Positions 13,439-22,299 of a stretch of 64,000 nucleotides of DNA are shown one piece after another. The notes below the pieces were generated by a model. The model saw only the letters and a list, made by a program, of their open reading frames with translations, was not told the origin of the DNA and made no database searches. The stretch spans positions 2,583 to 66,582 of the forward strand of contig CAZRJR010000003.1 of the NCBI GenBank assembly GCA_964600985.1, given 5' to 3'. The position numbers and the translations under genes are program-made. Position 1 is the stretch's first letter; the number at the start of each line of letters is the position of its first letter. The stretch is from an uncultured Candidatus Saccharibacteria bacterium. Lineage in GTDB: Bacteria > Patescibacteriota > Saccharimonadia > CAILAD01 > JADZBC01.

Positions 13439-13476
13439 AAAAAACCACCTGTTCTGATTTTATAGAATGTGGTGGT
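13439..13476 (-). terminator. Intrinsic terminator of the putative large ncRNA
   Basis: Minus strand ACCACC...GGTGGT hairpin followed by a T run. Confidence 0.75.
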
Positions 13477-13954
13477 AATTGTGCGACCTGGCTATATTTG
13501 AAATTATTGCATGGTTACGGGCCTCTGATCACATCTGCCCTGTTAAGTTAAGAAACTAAATTGGCACGTGGAGGCCCGGTAATATACCCTTGGCAATGAG
13601 CCAAAAGTATCGGTGCGACCCATGTCTGTACGAGGTATACATGTCTACACAAGCATCGACTGCTTTTGTAGGTGGGTCGCGATTCCCCACCATCCGTATG
13701 GTTTAGTCAGAAAACCACACTCTTTACGGCTGTAAACAAGAGCAGTTCACTGACTAATCCAGCGGGTAGTGTGCTAGCAAATACGAACAAGTGCAATTTG
13801 CTAACCCTAGAACAGTAGGGAGAGTCCGACTAGAAACAAGGGGGTTGTTTCTATGCCGGGCTTACCCTACTGTTACTCGCCCATTTAGTTCTGGGCTACC
13901 TAATGCGGAGAATCTTTTGAGTTTTATTTTTGTTTTAAAGTACTAACTTACGTT
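13439..13954 (-). ncRNA. Putative large (~515 nt) structured non-coding RNA, family unassigned
   Basis: Bounded by a consensus promoter and a terminator; at least 8 stems including perfect 8-10 bp helices; no ORF of 60 aa or more. Confidence 0.7.
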
Positions 13955-13960
13955 GATACC

Positions 13961-13989
13961 AGTATATCAAACGCTTATGCTTAAGTCAA
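13961..13989 (-). promoter_or_regulatory. sigma70-type promoter TTGACT-N17-TATACT
   Basis: -35 at 13984-13989, -10 at 13961-13966, A-rich UP-like tract upstream. Confidence 0.8.
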
Positions 13990-14041
13990 TACTTTTTATG
14001 CTTTTTTCTTGGTTTTAACCTGATAACACTAGTTGTATTTA

Positions 14042-15022
14042 TTACAATAAGCCTAGTTTTTGCTTTACTTCTGAGAGTTTTTGTCCGGCAATGATACTTG
14101 CTTTCGCAGCCCCCTCATCTAAAACTTTGTATAAGTACGTTTCGTCAGCCATAAGCGCATGAAAAGTGCGCTGCATATCACCCAGTTCCTGTACGAGGAG
14201 GTCAGCGAGGTCTTGTTTAAACTCACCGTAACCCTTAAATTTATACTTATCCTCCACTTCTGCGGGAGTCTGGCCACTAAAGCCCGTATATATATGAATG
14301 AGGTTAGTTATAGCACCTCCCTGTGGGCTTACTTTAACTTCATTCTCGGTATCTGTTACAGCGCGTTTAAGCTTTTGACGAATAGTAGCTTCGTCGTCTA
14401 GCAGCATGATGTTGCCATTCTGATTCTCGTCGCTCTTACTCATTTTACTCCCAGGATCTTGTAAGCTCATGATTCTGCCCCCCACTGCCGGCAATATGGC
14501 TTCAGGGACTACAAATGTGGGGCTATATATTTTATTAAACCGCTCTACAATGTCGCGTGTTAGCTCTACATGCTGCTTCTGATCCTCACCTACCGGCACC
14601 TTCTGTGCATCATAAAGAATAATGTCGGCAGCCATAAGCACAGGATAGGTAAAGAGGGCGACTAGTTGACCCTCCGGGCCACGCTTTGCGCTCTTGTCCT
14701 TATACGAAGTCATACGACTTAGTTCCCCTATAGTCACGAAGTTATTAAGAATCCAGCAAAGCTCGGAATGAGCCGATACATGTGACTGTGCAAATACCAC
14801 GGACTTTTTAGGGTCAACCCCAGCGGCCAAGAACCATGCGACATTTGCCAGAGTGTCTTGACGCAGTGTTACTGGATCAGGGCGGACATTGAGTGAATGC
14901 AAATTTGGGATAAAATAGAAGGCCTCACCTTGATCCTGCATGGCCGCGAATGGCTTCACCATACCTAAGTAGTTGCCAATGTGCAGTTTGCCGGTAGCCT
15001 GAATACCCGAAAGAATACGCAT
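14042..15022 (-). CDS. trpS: Tryptophan--tRNA ligase
   Basis: HIGNY, YPVLMAADI, VPVGEDQKQH, KMSKS. Confidence 0.98.
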   Translation of the reverse strand: MRILSGIQATGKLHIGNYLGMVKPFAAMQDQGEAFYFIPNLHSLNVRPDPVTLRQDTLANVAWFLAAGVDPKKSVVFAQSHVSAHSELCWILNNFVTIGELSRMTSYKDKSAKRGPEGQLVALFTYPVLMAADIILYDAQKVPVGEDQKQHVELTRDIVERFNKIYSPTFVVPEAILPAVGGRIMSLQDPGSKMSKSDENQNGNIMLLDDEATIRQKLKRAVTDTENEVKVSPQGGAITNLIHIYTGFSGQTPAEVEDKYKFKGYGEFKQDLADLLVQELGDMQRTFHALMADETYLYKVLDEGAAKASIIAGQKLSEVKQKLGLL

Positions 15023-15053
15023 AGTAGTTATGTTCCTTATACTTTCCTCTACT

Positions 15054-16136
15054 TTACTCGTCTAAGCTTGGCTTATCAACCAATAATGGCTCTATCGAGG
15101 GCGTACTGCCAGCGATCTTCACTACATCCTTATCAATCTTGCGCATTTCTTTATAGGCGTTATTATAGTGCCCAACTGTGGTGCCAAGCGAATTACCCAT
15201 TTTCTGCAAAAAGCTGTCATAGGCGCGCAGGTGCTGCCCTAACTGGCCCACTCGTACTTGAATCTCCTTGGCTTGCTCCTCGATCTGTAGCGACCGCAGC
15301 CCCTGTAGTATCGTTTGCAAGTACGCCATAAATGATGTTGGTGACACGATAATCACCTTCTTATCTCTAAAAGCATACTCAATTAAATCGCGTGAGGAAG
15401 TCTGCACCATACCCACCTTGTTAACCAATAAATCATAATAAATAGCCTCGGAGGGAATAAACATAAAGGCAAAATCCATAGTCCCTTCATTGGGCCGAAT
15501 ATACTTGGCTGTTTCGTCTATACGATTCTTGAGATCTTGCTTAAAAGTCTTAATTATTGCTTCACGCCTGTCCTTGTCACCTTCCTCGATGAGTCGATTG
15601 TAGTTCTCAAGGCTAAACTTAGAATCGATTGGTAACACCTTACCTTCCTCAAGGAATATTGCTGCATCTACAATCTCGCCGTCAACAAACTTGTACTGGA
15701 GCTTGTAGCGATCCGGGGGCAACACGTTTTTGAGTACACTATCGAGGTAGTATTCACCCAGAACACCTCGCTGTTTGGGGTTCTGTAGTACGTTCTGGAG
15801 CGTTTTAAGCTCATCCGCTACGTCCACCACTCTACGATTCGTTTCGTCGAGTTTGGTGAGCCTCTGAGTGACCTCGGTAATCAGCTTGGCCGATTCACTC
15901 ATTTGCTTATGTACCGAATCACGCATAGAATCATTGTTTTTATCGAGCCGATCGTGTAGTTGCGCTTGAGTCTGGGCTAACAACTGGCTCATACCCTGCA
16001 GATCTTGCTTGATCATACTCAGTGATCCGTCCGAAGCCGCGTCTGTAGCAGTAGGCTGTCGACGAGACAACAGGTAAATGGTTGCGCCAAAGCCGATGAG
16101 CATAACCAATATAAGTATAATAACCAAAACTTCCAT
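15054..16136 (-). CDS. rmuC: DNA recombination protein RmuC
   Basis: N-terminal TM, coiled coil, RGVLGE, PIDSKF, KYI, DFAFMFIPSE. Start moved to ATG 16136, 6 nt after TATAAT. Confidence 0.92.
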   Translation of the reverse strand: MEVLVIILILVMLIGFGATIYLLSRRQPTATDAASDGSLSMIKQDLQGMSQLLAQTQAQLHDRLDKNNDSMRDSVHKQMSESAKLITEVTQRLTKLDETNRRVVDVADELKTLQNVLQNPKQRGVLGEYYLDSVLKNVLPPDRYKLQYKFVDGEIVDAAIFLEEGKVLPIDSKFSLENYNRLIEEGDKDRREAIIKTFKQDLKNRIDETAKYIRPNEGTMDFAFMFIPSEAIYYDLLVNKVGMVQTSSRDLIEYAFRDKKVIIVSPTSFMAYLQTILQGLRSLQIEEQAKEIQVRVGQLGQHLRAYDSFLQKMGNSLGTTVGHYNNAYKEMRKIDKDVVKIAGSTPSIEPLLVDKPSLDE

Positions 16137-16195
16137 AAGCATATTATACACGGTACGTGAACGAACACAATGCGAACTCATTAAACAAAATTAAT

Positions 16196-16243
16196 GCCGA
16201 GCATACTTTGCTCGGCTGGTGGCTAGGCCCTGTGCCTAACCAC
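16196..16243. terminator. Two tandem hairpins after the 116-aa gene
   Basis: GCCGAGCA-N5-TGCTCGGC and GGTGGCTAGGC-N5-GCCTAACCACC. Confidence 0.55.
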
Positions 16244-16256
16244 CCCACCGCATCAC

Positions 16257-16607
16257 TCATTTCGTCTCCCGACATATCCTGTGAAACGCTGCGTCAAAAA
16301 TGTTTGGGTCTTCTGCTGCCAGGTAGAAATCAATCACGTCGTCATGACTTATGGGTAGTCCGGACTTCTCTTCAAAAAGCTCCTGGGGAAGCCTCCACCT
16401 AGTTATTGGGATGTTCGCTTCAAGCAGGAGTGCAATCGTATGCGGCGCCCATATACGAAGCTCCCTGCTAAGGCTACAGCTCGGACATGAGAAGCAACAA
16501 ACAAGTGTGTGGCTATCCACACAAAGCCTCAAATTGAGTTTAGAAAAGTCTACATCAACATTCCCGCAACCGATGCAACGAACATTAAGTGTAGGCATGT
16601 GAGCCAC
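16257..16607 (-). CDS. Small Cys-rich (CxxC...CxxC) hypothetical protein, possible Zn ribbon
   Basis: CIGCG and CPSC motifs; own promoter TTGAAA-N17-CATAAT; start could be ATG 16598. Confidence 0.7.
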   Translation of the reverse strand: MAHMPTLNVRCIGCGNVDVDFSKLNLRLCVDSHTLVCCFSCPSCSLSRELRIWAPHTIALLLEANIPITRWRLPQELFEEKSGLPISHDDVIDFYLAAEDPNIFDAAFHRICRETK

Positions 16608-16673
16608 CTTTTTCTCTTAGTCATAGGTACTGTGATAGCGGTATTATGCTCCTGCAACATCCTGTTTTCAAGC

Positions 16674-17189
16674 CTAGCGCATGCCACGCATCCACCATGG
16701 CAAAGGCACAGCTCGTTTCGTAGTGGTATCTACAACTCTATAGTGATCATTTGGGTAATACTTTTGCAAAATTAATGGCCAATTCTGCTTTAGCCAATTC
16801 TTCTGGTCCAGAAATAGCTGTTCTAATCCCCGCTCAGCGAATTCTCGTCGAATTACCCCTCCACTATGCGGGTGTTTATGCTTTTGCTCAAGCGGTGAGT
16901 TAAAACCATGAGCATAATGTGTCATCTCATGCACAATTGTAGCTTTAATGACGAATTCTGGTACATCAAGATCCTGAAATATTGGGTTTATAGTAATTAT
17001 ACTCACTGAGAGGTCGTCATGATCTCGACTGATCGACCCAAGTCGCCGCTTGGCCTTACGGCCATACACTATTCTAACCTCATTGCTCTGAGGCACGTCT
17101 TCGAAGTGTTTGTACCAAATCTCCGCTAGGAGATTCTCTAACCACTCTTGATCCCGATAACTGAGGTATTTTGCGCGAGCCGCACTCAT
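16674..17189 (-). CDS. SprT-like zinc metalloprotease
   Basis: HEMTH (HExxH) plus downstream PH; RLGSI upstream. Confidence 0.8.
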   Translation of the reverse strand: MSAARAKYLSYRDQEWLENLLAEIWYKHFEDVPQSNEVRIVYGRKAKRRLGSISRDHDDLSVSIITINPIFQDLDVPEFVIKATIVHEMTHYAHGFNSPLEQKHKHPHSGGVIRREFAERGLEQLFLDQKNWLKQNWPLILQKYYPNDHYRVVDTTTKRAVPLPWWMRGMR

Positions 17190-17223
17190 GCCTAAAGTAT
17201 ACCAATCCGTGGTAGTTTTACCA

Positions 17224-20103
17224 TCACCAAGGCTGGACTGCCTTATAAATCGACGTCGCTCCAGGCCTAAAGTCGCGGCGCTGTATGCCCTCCGCTACTT
17301 TCCGAATCAGCTCAATGGTCTTTAAGTTATCAACCTTGGCCGTAGATGCTATAAAGCCTGACTCTACGAAATCTAGCGACACGCAGCCTACTGGAGTTTG
17401 GGTGGTCCGTTCCCAGGCAAGAGCATATATAGCAAGCTGGATATTATCTTTAATACGACGCTCCGCAGCAGCCTGGTCTTTGACTTGAGAGGTTTTAAAG
17501 TCGCGGATCTCGACAGCATTAGAAGTCTTTTCTTCTCCTTTCTTCATAGCATAAATCGCATCATAACGACCACTAATGCGAACTTTTAGCTCTGGAATTA
17601 GTAAGCTAAAGGGCTGTTCTACCGCTTGCGGCAACTCAGCGCGCTTTTCACGCTCAAAGAAATACTTAATCACCTCTTTACCGCGTGCCAAGCGCTGCTG
17701 CTCGTGGGACTTTGACACGAAGCCCTCGTGGGACCACGCATCTATAAAAGCCTGCTGGGTGTCTTCTAGACTAACCTTGTGGCCCTGCAAGCGCCCACGA
17801 TAATAGAATTCAATAGCGTGGTGAACTGCCGAGCCGTATACCAACGCGTGGAATGGCCCCTGTGGTAGTTTGAGCACATGGAACAACCAAAACTTTTCGG
17901 GATCTCGAAGATAATCGTCCACCTGATGCGGGGTTAAGTTGAGCCAACCATCATCGTACAAGTGTGCCACCAGATCGTGCTCTGGCTTTTGTGGCAAAGC
18001 AAACTGCTGAATTTGCTCCATGGCACCAGTCTTGGCCTCTAGCTGAATGCCCTGCACCACCCCCAAAGCCTCGCCCACAAATGGAGACATTTTGCGTAAT
18101 CGAGCACCGCCATGATCGTATGAGCACGATAAGTACAGTTTTTGCTTAGCTCTGGTCATAGCCACATAAAACAATCGACGCTCCTCGGCTATATGCCATT
18201 CGCGTGATGACTCAATCCCTATAAGGCCTTCGGGGATCTGAATTTTTTCAGCTTGTCGGCGTGACGGGAACACATCGCTTACTAAGTTTGGTATGAACAC
18301 GGCTTCAAACTCCAAACCTTTTGCCTTATGAACCGTCATAATCCGTACTGCATTTTGGTCTAGGGGCGATTCTGTAGCTAGTATGTCAGCCTCTGTGCTA
18401 CGCATCTCAGCTATGTAAGCCCAGAAGTGATAAATGGTAGGATCGAGGCTAATATTCTCAAATTCTCGAATCAGCCCAAAGAATTGCGCTATATTCTGAA
18501 TCTTTAACGCTGCTTCGTTGCTACGTTCGGCCTCTCCGAGAAGCCTACCCAAATACCCATGCTCGTGTATGAATTTATACAACAGTTGGCCTGCGCTAAG
18601 CTCATTGGCATGATCTCGATACTCGTCTATAAAGCTCAATGCCTCACTAATCTTACCCGTATCCCCATTAGATTCTCGTAAATACTGCTCCAAATCTTGG
18701 TGCTCTCGCCGTGCCTGAGAGCTCAACTCCACCAGTGAGGCTAGCTTAATGCCATATATGTCGCCCGCTAGCAACCCGTAGAGTGCAGCCGAGTCTCGCG
18801 GATCATTAATTACTGCAACGAAGTTTAGGAGCGCCTTAATCTCCGCACGACTAAACAGATTCTGACGCTGTGAAGTTTCAGCCATCACCCCCTCGGACTC
18901 AAGCGCCAGCATAACTGCAGCTGATTGACTGTTTTTGCGGAGCAAAATGGCAATTTCGCGTGGCTGCACACCTGCTGATATTAGTCTGGCTACCTCTTGG
19001 GCAATAAGTTGCATCTCTTCTGGCAAGGTAGGTGCTTGCAATAACGTGGGCACCGGCCCATGACTAAATCCAACTAGCTTTTTATTGATCTTATTTCGCA
19101 CCTCGAGACGATCGGGATTATTATGAATAATCAAAGTGTGACTGGCATCTAAAATTTCTTGAGTTGAACGGTAATTCTCGGTCATTACTATTTGGCGCAT
19201 TTTAGGATACTGATCCTTAAATTCCAATATATTCGCGATTGCCGCACCTCGAAAACGATAGATCGACTGATCATCATCACCCACCACCATAATGTTATGA
19301 TGCTTTTCTGACAACATTTTTATAAGTCTGTTTTGAGCATAGTTTGTATCTTGATACTCATCTACCATGATGTATTTATAACGCTTTTGGCATGCCGCCA
19401 AGAGCTTGGGTCTACGCTCGAACAGCTCTATAGTAAGGGTAATTTGATCACCAAAGTCTAACTTTGCCTGCATTCGTGCCTGATCGGTATATACCGCGTA
19501 GGCATGAGCCAACTCACCAACACGCGCCGCCTCTGCCCTGTCTTCCTCAGTTTGTGCATTCTTACTAAGCTTTAAGGCAAACGTGCCGTATGCTTCTGGC
19601 ATAATACATTCATCTTTAAGCCGCGAGAAGTGCTGCGTGAGGGCCTCGAGAAACTGGTATGGGTTCCCGAGCGGCATATAGTGATCGAGCCTGAGCTCTG
19701 GGAGAATTTGCTGCATGAAGATAATTTGCTGAAAGCCGGTCATAACCTGAAAGTCAGTTGAAATACCGATTTCTAGTGCCTGGTCTCGAAGTATTTGATC
19801 TCCAAGGGCGTGGAAGGTCATAATATTGGTACTCACCACCCCATATGGCAACAGCTGATCCACCCGCGCTTCCATTTCGCGCGCGGCCTTGTCAGTAAAG
19901 GTAAGGGCCAGTATTTCGTCAGGCCGAGCCTTGCCCGTAGCAATCAGCCATGCTATACGACGAGTAATTACCGTGGTCTTACCAGTACCAGCGCCAGCAA
20001 TCACGAGTGCCGCCCCTGTATCGTGCGTAACTGCTTCGGCCTGCGCAGCATTCAGCCCCTTTATATGGTCAGATTCCGAAACGTAGTCAGTGGCGTGTTT
20101 CAT
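17224..20103 (-). CDS. UvrD/PcrA-family helicase fused to a C-terminal RecB-like PD-(D/E)XK nuclease
   Basis: AGAGTGKT, VDEYQDTN, VGDDDQSIYRFRGA, ENYRS, MTVHKAKGLEF, EERRLFYVAMTRA; then GRYD...DFKT...QLAIY. Confidence 0.93.
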   Translation of the reverse strand: MKHATDYVSESDHIKGLNAAQAEAVTHDTGAALVIAGAGTGKTTVITRRIAWLIATGKARPDEILALTFTDKAAREMEARVDQLLPYGVVSTNIMTFHALGDQILRDQALEIGISTDFQVMTGFQQIIFMQQILPELRLDHYMPLGNPYQFLEALTQHFSRLKDECIMPEAYGTFALKLSKNAQTEEDRAEAARVGELAHAYAVYTDQARMQAKLDFGDQITLTIELFERRPKLLAACQKRYKYIMVDEYQDTNYAQNRLIKMLSEKHHNIMVVGDDDQSIYRFRGAAIANILEFKDQYPKMRQIVMTENYRSTQEILDASHTLIIHNNPDRLEVRNKINKKLVGFSHGPVPTLLQAPTLPEEMQLIAQEVARLISAGVQPREIAILLRKNSQSAAVMLALESEGVMAETSQRQNLFSRAEIKALLNFVAVINDPRDSAALYGLLAGDIYGIKLASLVELSSQARREHQDLEQYLRESNGDTGKISEALSFIDEYRDHANELSAGQLLYKFIHEHGYLGRLLGEAERSNEAALKIQNIAQFFGLIREFENISLDPTIYHFWAYIAEMRSTEADILATESPLDQNAVRIMTVHKAKGLEFEAVFIPNLVSDVFPSRRQAEKIQIPEGLIGIESSREWHIAEERRLFYVAMTRAKQKLYLSCSYDHGGARLRKMSPFVGEALGVVQGIQLEAKTGAMEQIQQFALPQKPEHDLVAHLYDDGWLNLTPHQVDDYLRDPEKFWLFHVLKLPQGPFHALVYGSAVHHAIEFYYRGRLQGHKVSLEDTQQAFIDAWSHEGFVSKSHEQQRLARGKEVIKYFFEREKRAELPQAVEQPFSLLIPELKVRISGRYDAIYAMKKGEEKTSNAVEIRDFKTSQVKDQAAAERRIKDNIQLAIYALAWERTTQTPVGCVSLDFVESGFIASTAKVDNLKTIELIRKVAEGIQRRDFRPGATSIYKAVQPW

Positions 20104-20215
20104 GAACTTATTATACCAGCTGCCTCTTACCTGTAGTCGCTTGCGGCCAAAAGTGTTATGCTAGTACAAAGAGTCAAACAACTTACGCCTATCTTTTATC
20201 CATACCAGCAGATAC

Positions 20216-22276
20216 ATGACTACCCAATTCTACCAGCGCGTCGCCAAACTCGTACCCTACCCGTCCAAGCACTCTACTGTGCCGGCCCTGGCCTTTGCCT
20301 ATCATTTTGAGCCCCCTATAGAACAAAAAGCTCAAGCCGGCAGTCTATACGTGGTTATTGAGGTGATGGCCAAAGAGTCGCTTGCCAGCCAGGTAGTTGA
20401 CCTTGTCATTAAGACCATGGGGGAGGAATACTACAATAAGAAGTTTCAAGACGAACCCAATATACGCTTCGAAAAGTCGATCGCCGCACTCAATACCCAA
20501 CTAGCTAAGCTTTATAGCTCGCATCACGGCAAGCACATTAACAACCTCAGCGCAGTTATCGCAGTAATTGACCAAGACCAACTCTACCTGTCACAAACCG
20601 GCAAAGCACACGCTCGACTCTACCGCTCTGGCAAAGCAACTGAGTTAAGTGAAGGTCTCAGTACTGTCTCAAACCCCCAGAAGACCTTTCATGGTATCGC
20701 TGAGGGATCACTAAAGCAAAAGGACAAGCTTGTTTTCACTTCGCCGGCCATATTGTTTGAATTCCAAGCCAAGCAGCTTGACCAGATGATTGTGGACAAC
20801 TCACCAGCTTCGGCAGTCCAAAAGATGAGCCACCAACTCGAAGGCCAAGATAGTAGTGCGCGCTGCGCTGCGCTCATTGTCGAACTCACTGACCTTAACC
20901 AGGCCGCCGACGAGCCACTCGATGCACACCCAGACACTGCCATGGTCGGCAAGCCTCAAACAAAACTCGATGAAGTGAAGGCCGCAACCACGCCAATCGC
21001 AGCCAAAGCGTCCCAAAAAGCGCTTACGGCCGTCACAAAGAGCCGTACCTGGTGGCACACCCAAGCATTACCTGTTGCCAAGCACCACACCAAGTCGATT
21101 TGGAACCGTCTATGGGTAAAATATATCAACCCAAACCCACGTAAAGCTCTTGCGCTCGTTGGCGGCATGGTTATCCTCCTCGGAGTAAGTATATATGCGT
21201 TCTCCGTTAACCACGTTAATTACCGCGGCCTTGTCGTGGACTATAAGGAAGTAATTGCCCTCACTGAAACTGCCGAGGCCAAACAAAACCTAGGAGAAGC
21301 ACAGGCCAGCCAACAAACCCTTGCCTCAGCTAAAGCCAAACTCGAGAACATTACCAAGACATATACACCCAAGCAGGTCAGTAAAGCGATCTCGACAGAC
21401 AAAGACCTAGCCACACAACAGAACATCGCTCCAGCCAAGCTCAGAACGCGTCAAATAACCTTGGACGACAAACTAAATAACATCACCAGACTAACATTTA
21501 ATAATGTTGTGGACTTTACATCTAAAAAGAACTTTCAAGCCAGTTTCTTAGTTCGGCTCGACGACAGGCTCTACTGTGTCGACACATCTTCAGGCAGCCT
21601 CTACCAGGTAGATACCAGCAAGAATAGCGCCACTGTGGTGGCGCAAAACTCTGCTCTTAAGTCTGCTGTAGCAGCCACTCCATCATCGCTTGGTGACAGC
21701 ATATACCTACTCACCTCGATTCCAAATGTCTTACAATACAGTCCAGGCAAGACCCTCTTTACGGTAAAACTCAGTGGTGGTGACTGGACCGCTGGAAATG
21801 CTATTGCTAGCTACATTGGCAACCTCTACATTCTCTCGCCACAAAACAGCCAAATTTATCGCCATAGTCGCACCTCAATTGGCTTCAGCGCTAGCTCAAG
21901 CTATATTAAGCGTACCAATACTGTCAGCGTATCAAAAGGTCAAGGCCTAGCTATTAATGGCACTATATTGGTGGCGAATGGCTCTAGCAAAATCACCACC
22001 TTCAGTAATGGTCTTGGCGCCGAAGAAAGTGTAGCCAAGCTCCCCAGTTCTGTTCAAGGGTTTAAACGGATTCAACTCCAAAGTGATCAAGCACTGCTCA
22101 CTCTTGATACCGACGGGCTCCACCTCTATAGCATTACAAGCTCTGCCGACAGCTATGCATTTAGACAGCAATACGTTAGCCCAAGTAATACACGCGTAGA
22201 AGACTTCGTGGTCACGAGCGACGGGACCCTCTATGTGCTCTCTGGCAAAAAGATTCTCGTCTCCAAGCTGCCTTAA
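20216..22276 (+). CDS. Hypothetical membrane protein: PP2C-like (probably inactive) N-domain, TM helix, extracellular beta-propeller-like C-domain
   Basis: Long ORF; PP2C-type strands (LYLSQTGKAHARLYRSG) without canonical Asp residues; central TM; repetitive beta-rich C-terminus. Confidence 0.65.
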   Translation: MTTQFYQRVAKLVPYPSKHSTVPALAFAYHFEPPIEQKAQAGSLYVVIEVMAKESLASQVVDLVIKTMGEEYYNKKFQDEPNIRFEKSIAALNTQLAKLYSSHHGKHINNLSAVIAVIDQDQLYLSQTGKAHARLYRSGKATELSEGLSTVSNPQKTFHGIAEGSLKQKDKLVFTSPAILFEFQAKQLDQMIVDNSPASAVQKMSHQLEGQDSSARCAALIVELTDLNQAADEPLDAHPDTAMVGKPQTKLDEVKAATTPIAAKASQKALTAVTKSRTWWHTQALPVAKHHTKSIWNRLWVKYINPNPRKALALVGGMVILLGVSIYAFSVNHVNYRGLVVDYKEVIALTETAEAKQNLGEAQASQQTLASAKAKLENITKTYTPKQVSKAISTDKDLATQQNIAPAKLRTRQITLDDKLNNITRLTFNNVVDFTSKKNFQASFLVRLDDRLYCVDTSSGSLYQVDTSKNSATVVAQNSALKSAVAATPSSLGDSIYLLTSIPNVLQYSPGKTLFTVKLSGGDWTAGNAIASYIGNLYILSPQNSQIYRHSRTSIGFSASSSYIKRTNTVSVSKGQGLAINGTILVANGSSKITTFSNGLGAEESVAKLPSSVQGFKRIQLQSDQALLTLDTDGLHLYSITSSADSYAFRQQYVSPSNTRVEDFVVTSDGTLYVLSGKKILVSKLP

Positions 22277-22299
22277 CGGCTCTCAAGCAGAGGCCACTC

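Noticed and set aside
13556-13693. 45-codon minus-strand ORF (MVGNRDPPTKAV...) inside the large structured RNA
   Set aside because: No SD, buried in stable helices, no recognisable protein features; not called as a CDS, though not formally excluded
13439-13954. T-box, SRP RNA or group I/II intron as the identity of the large RNA
   Set aside because: No UGGNACC bulge, no SRP helix-8 motif, no interrupted host gene or intron boundary motifs visible
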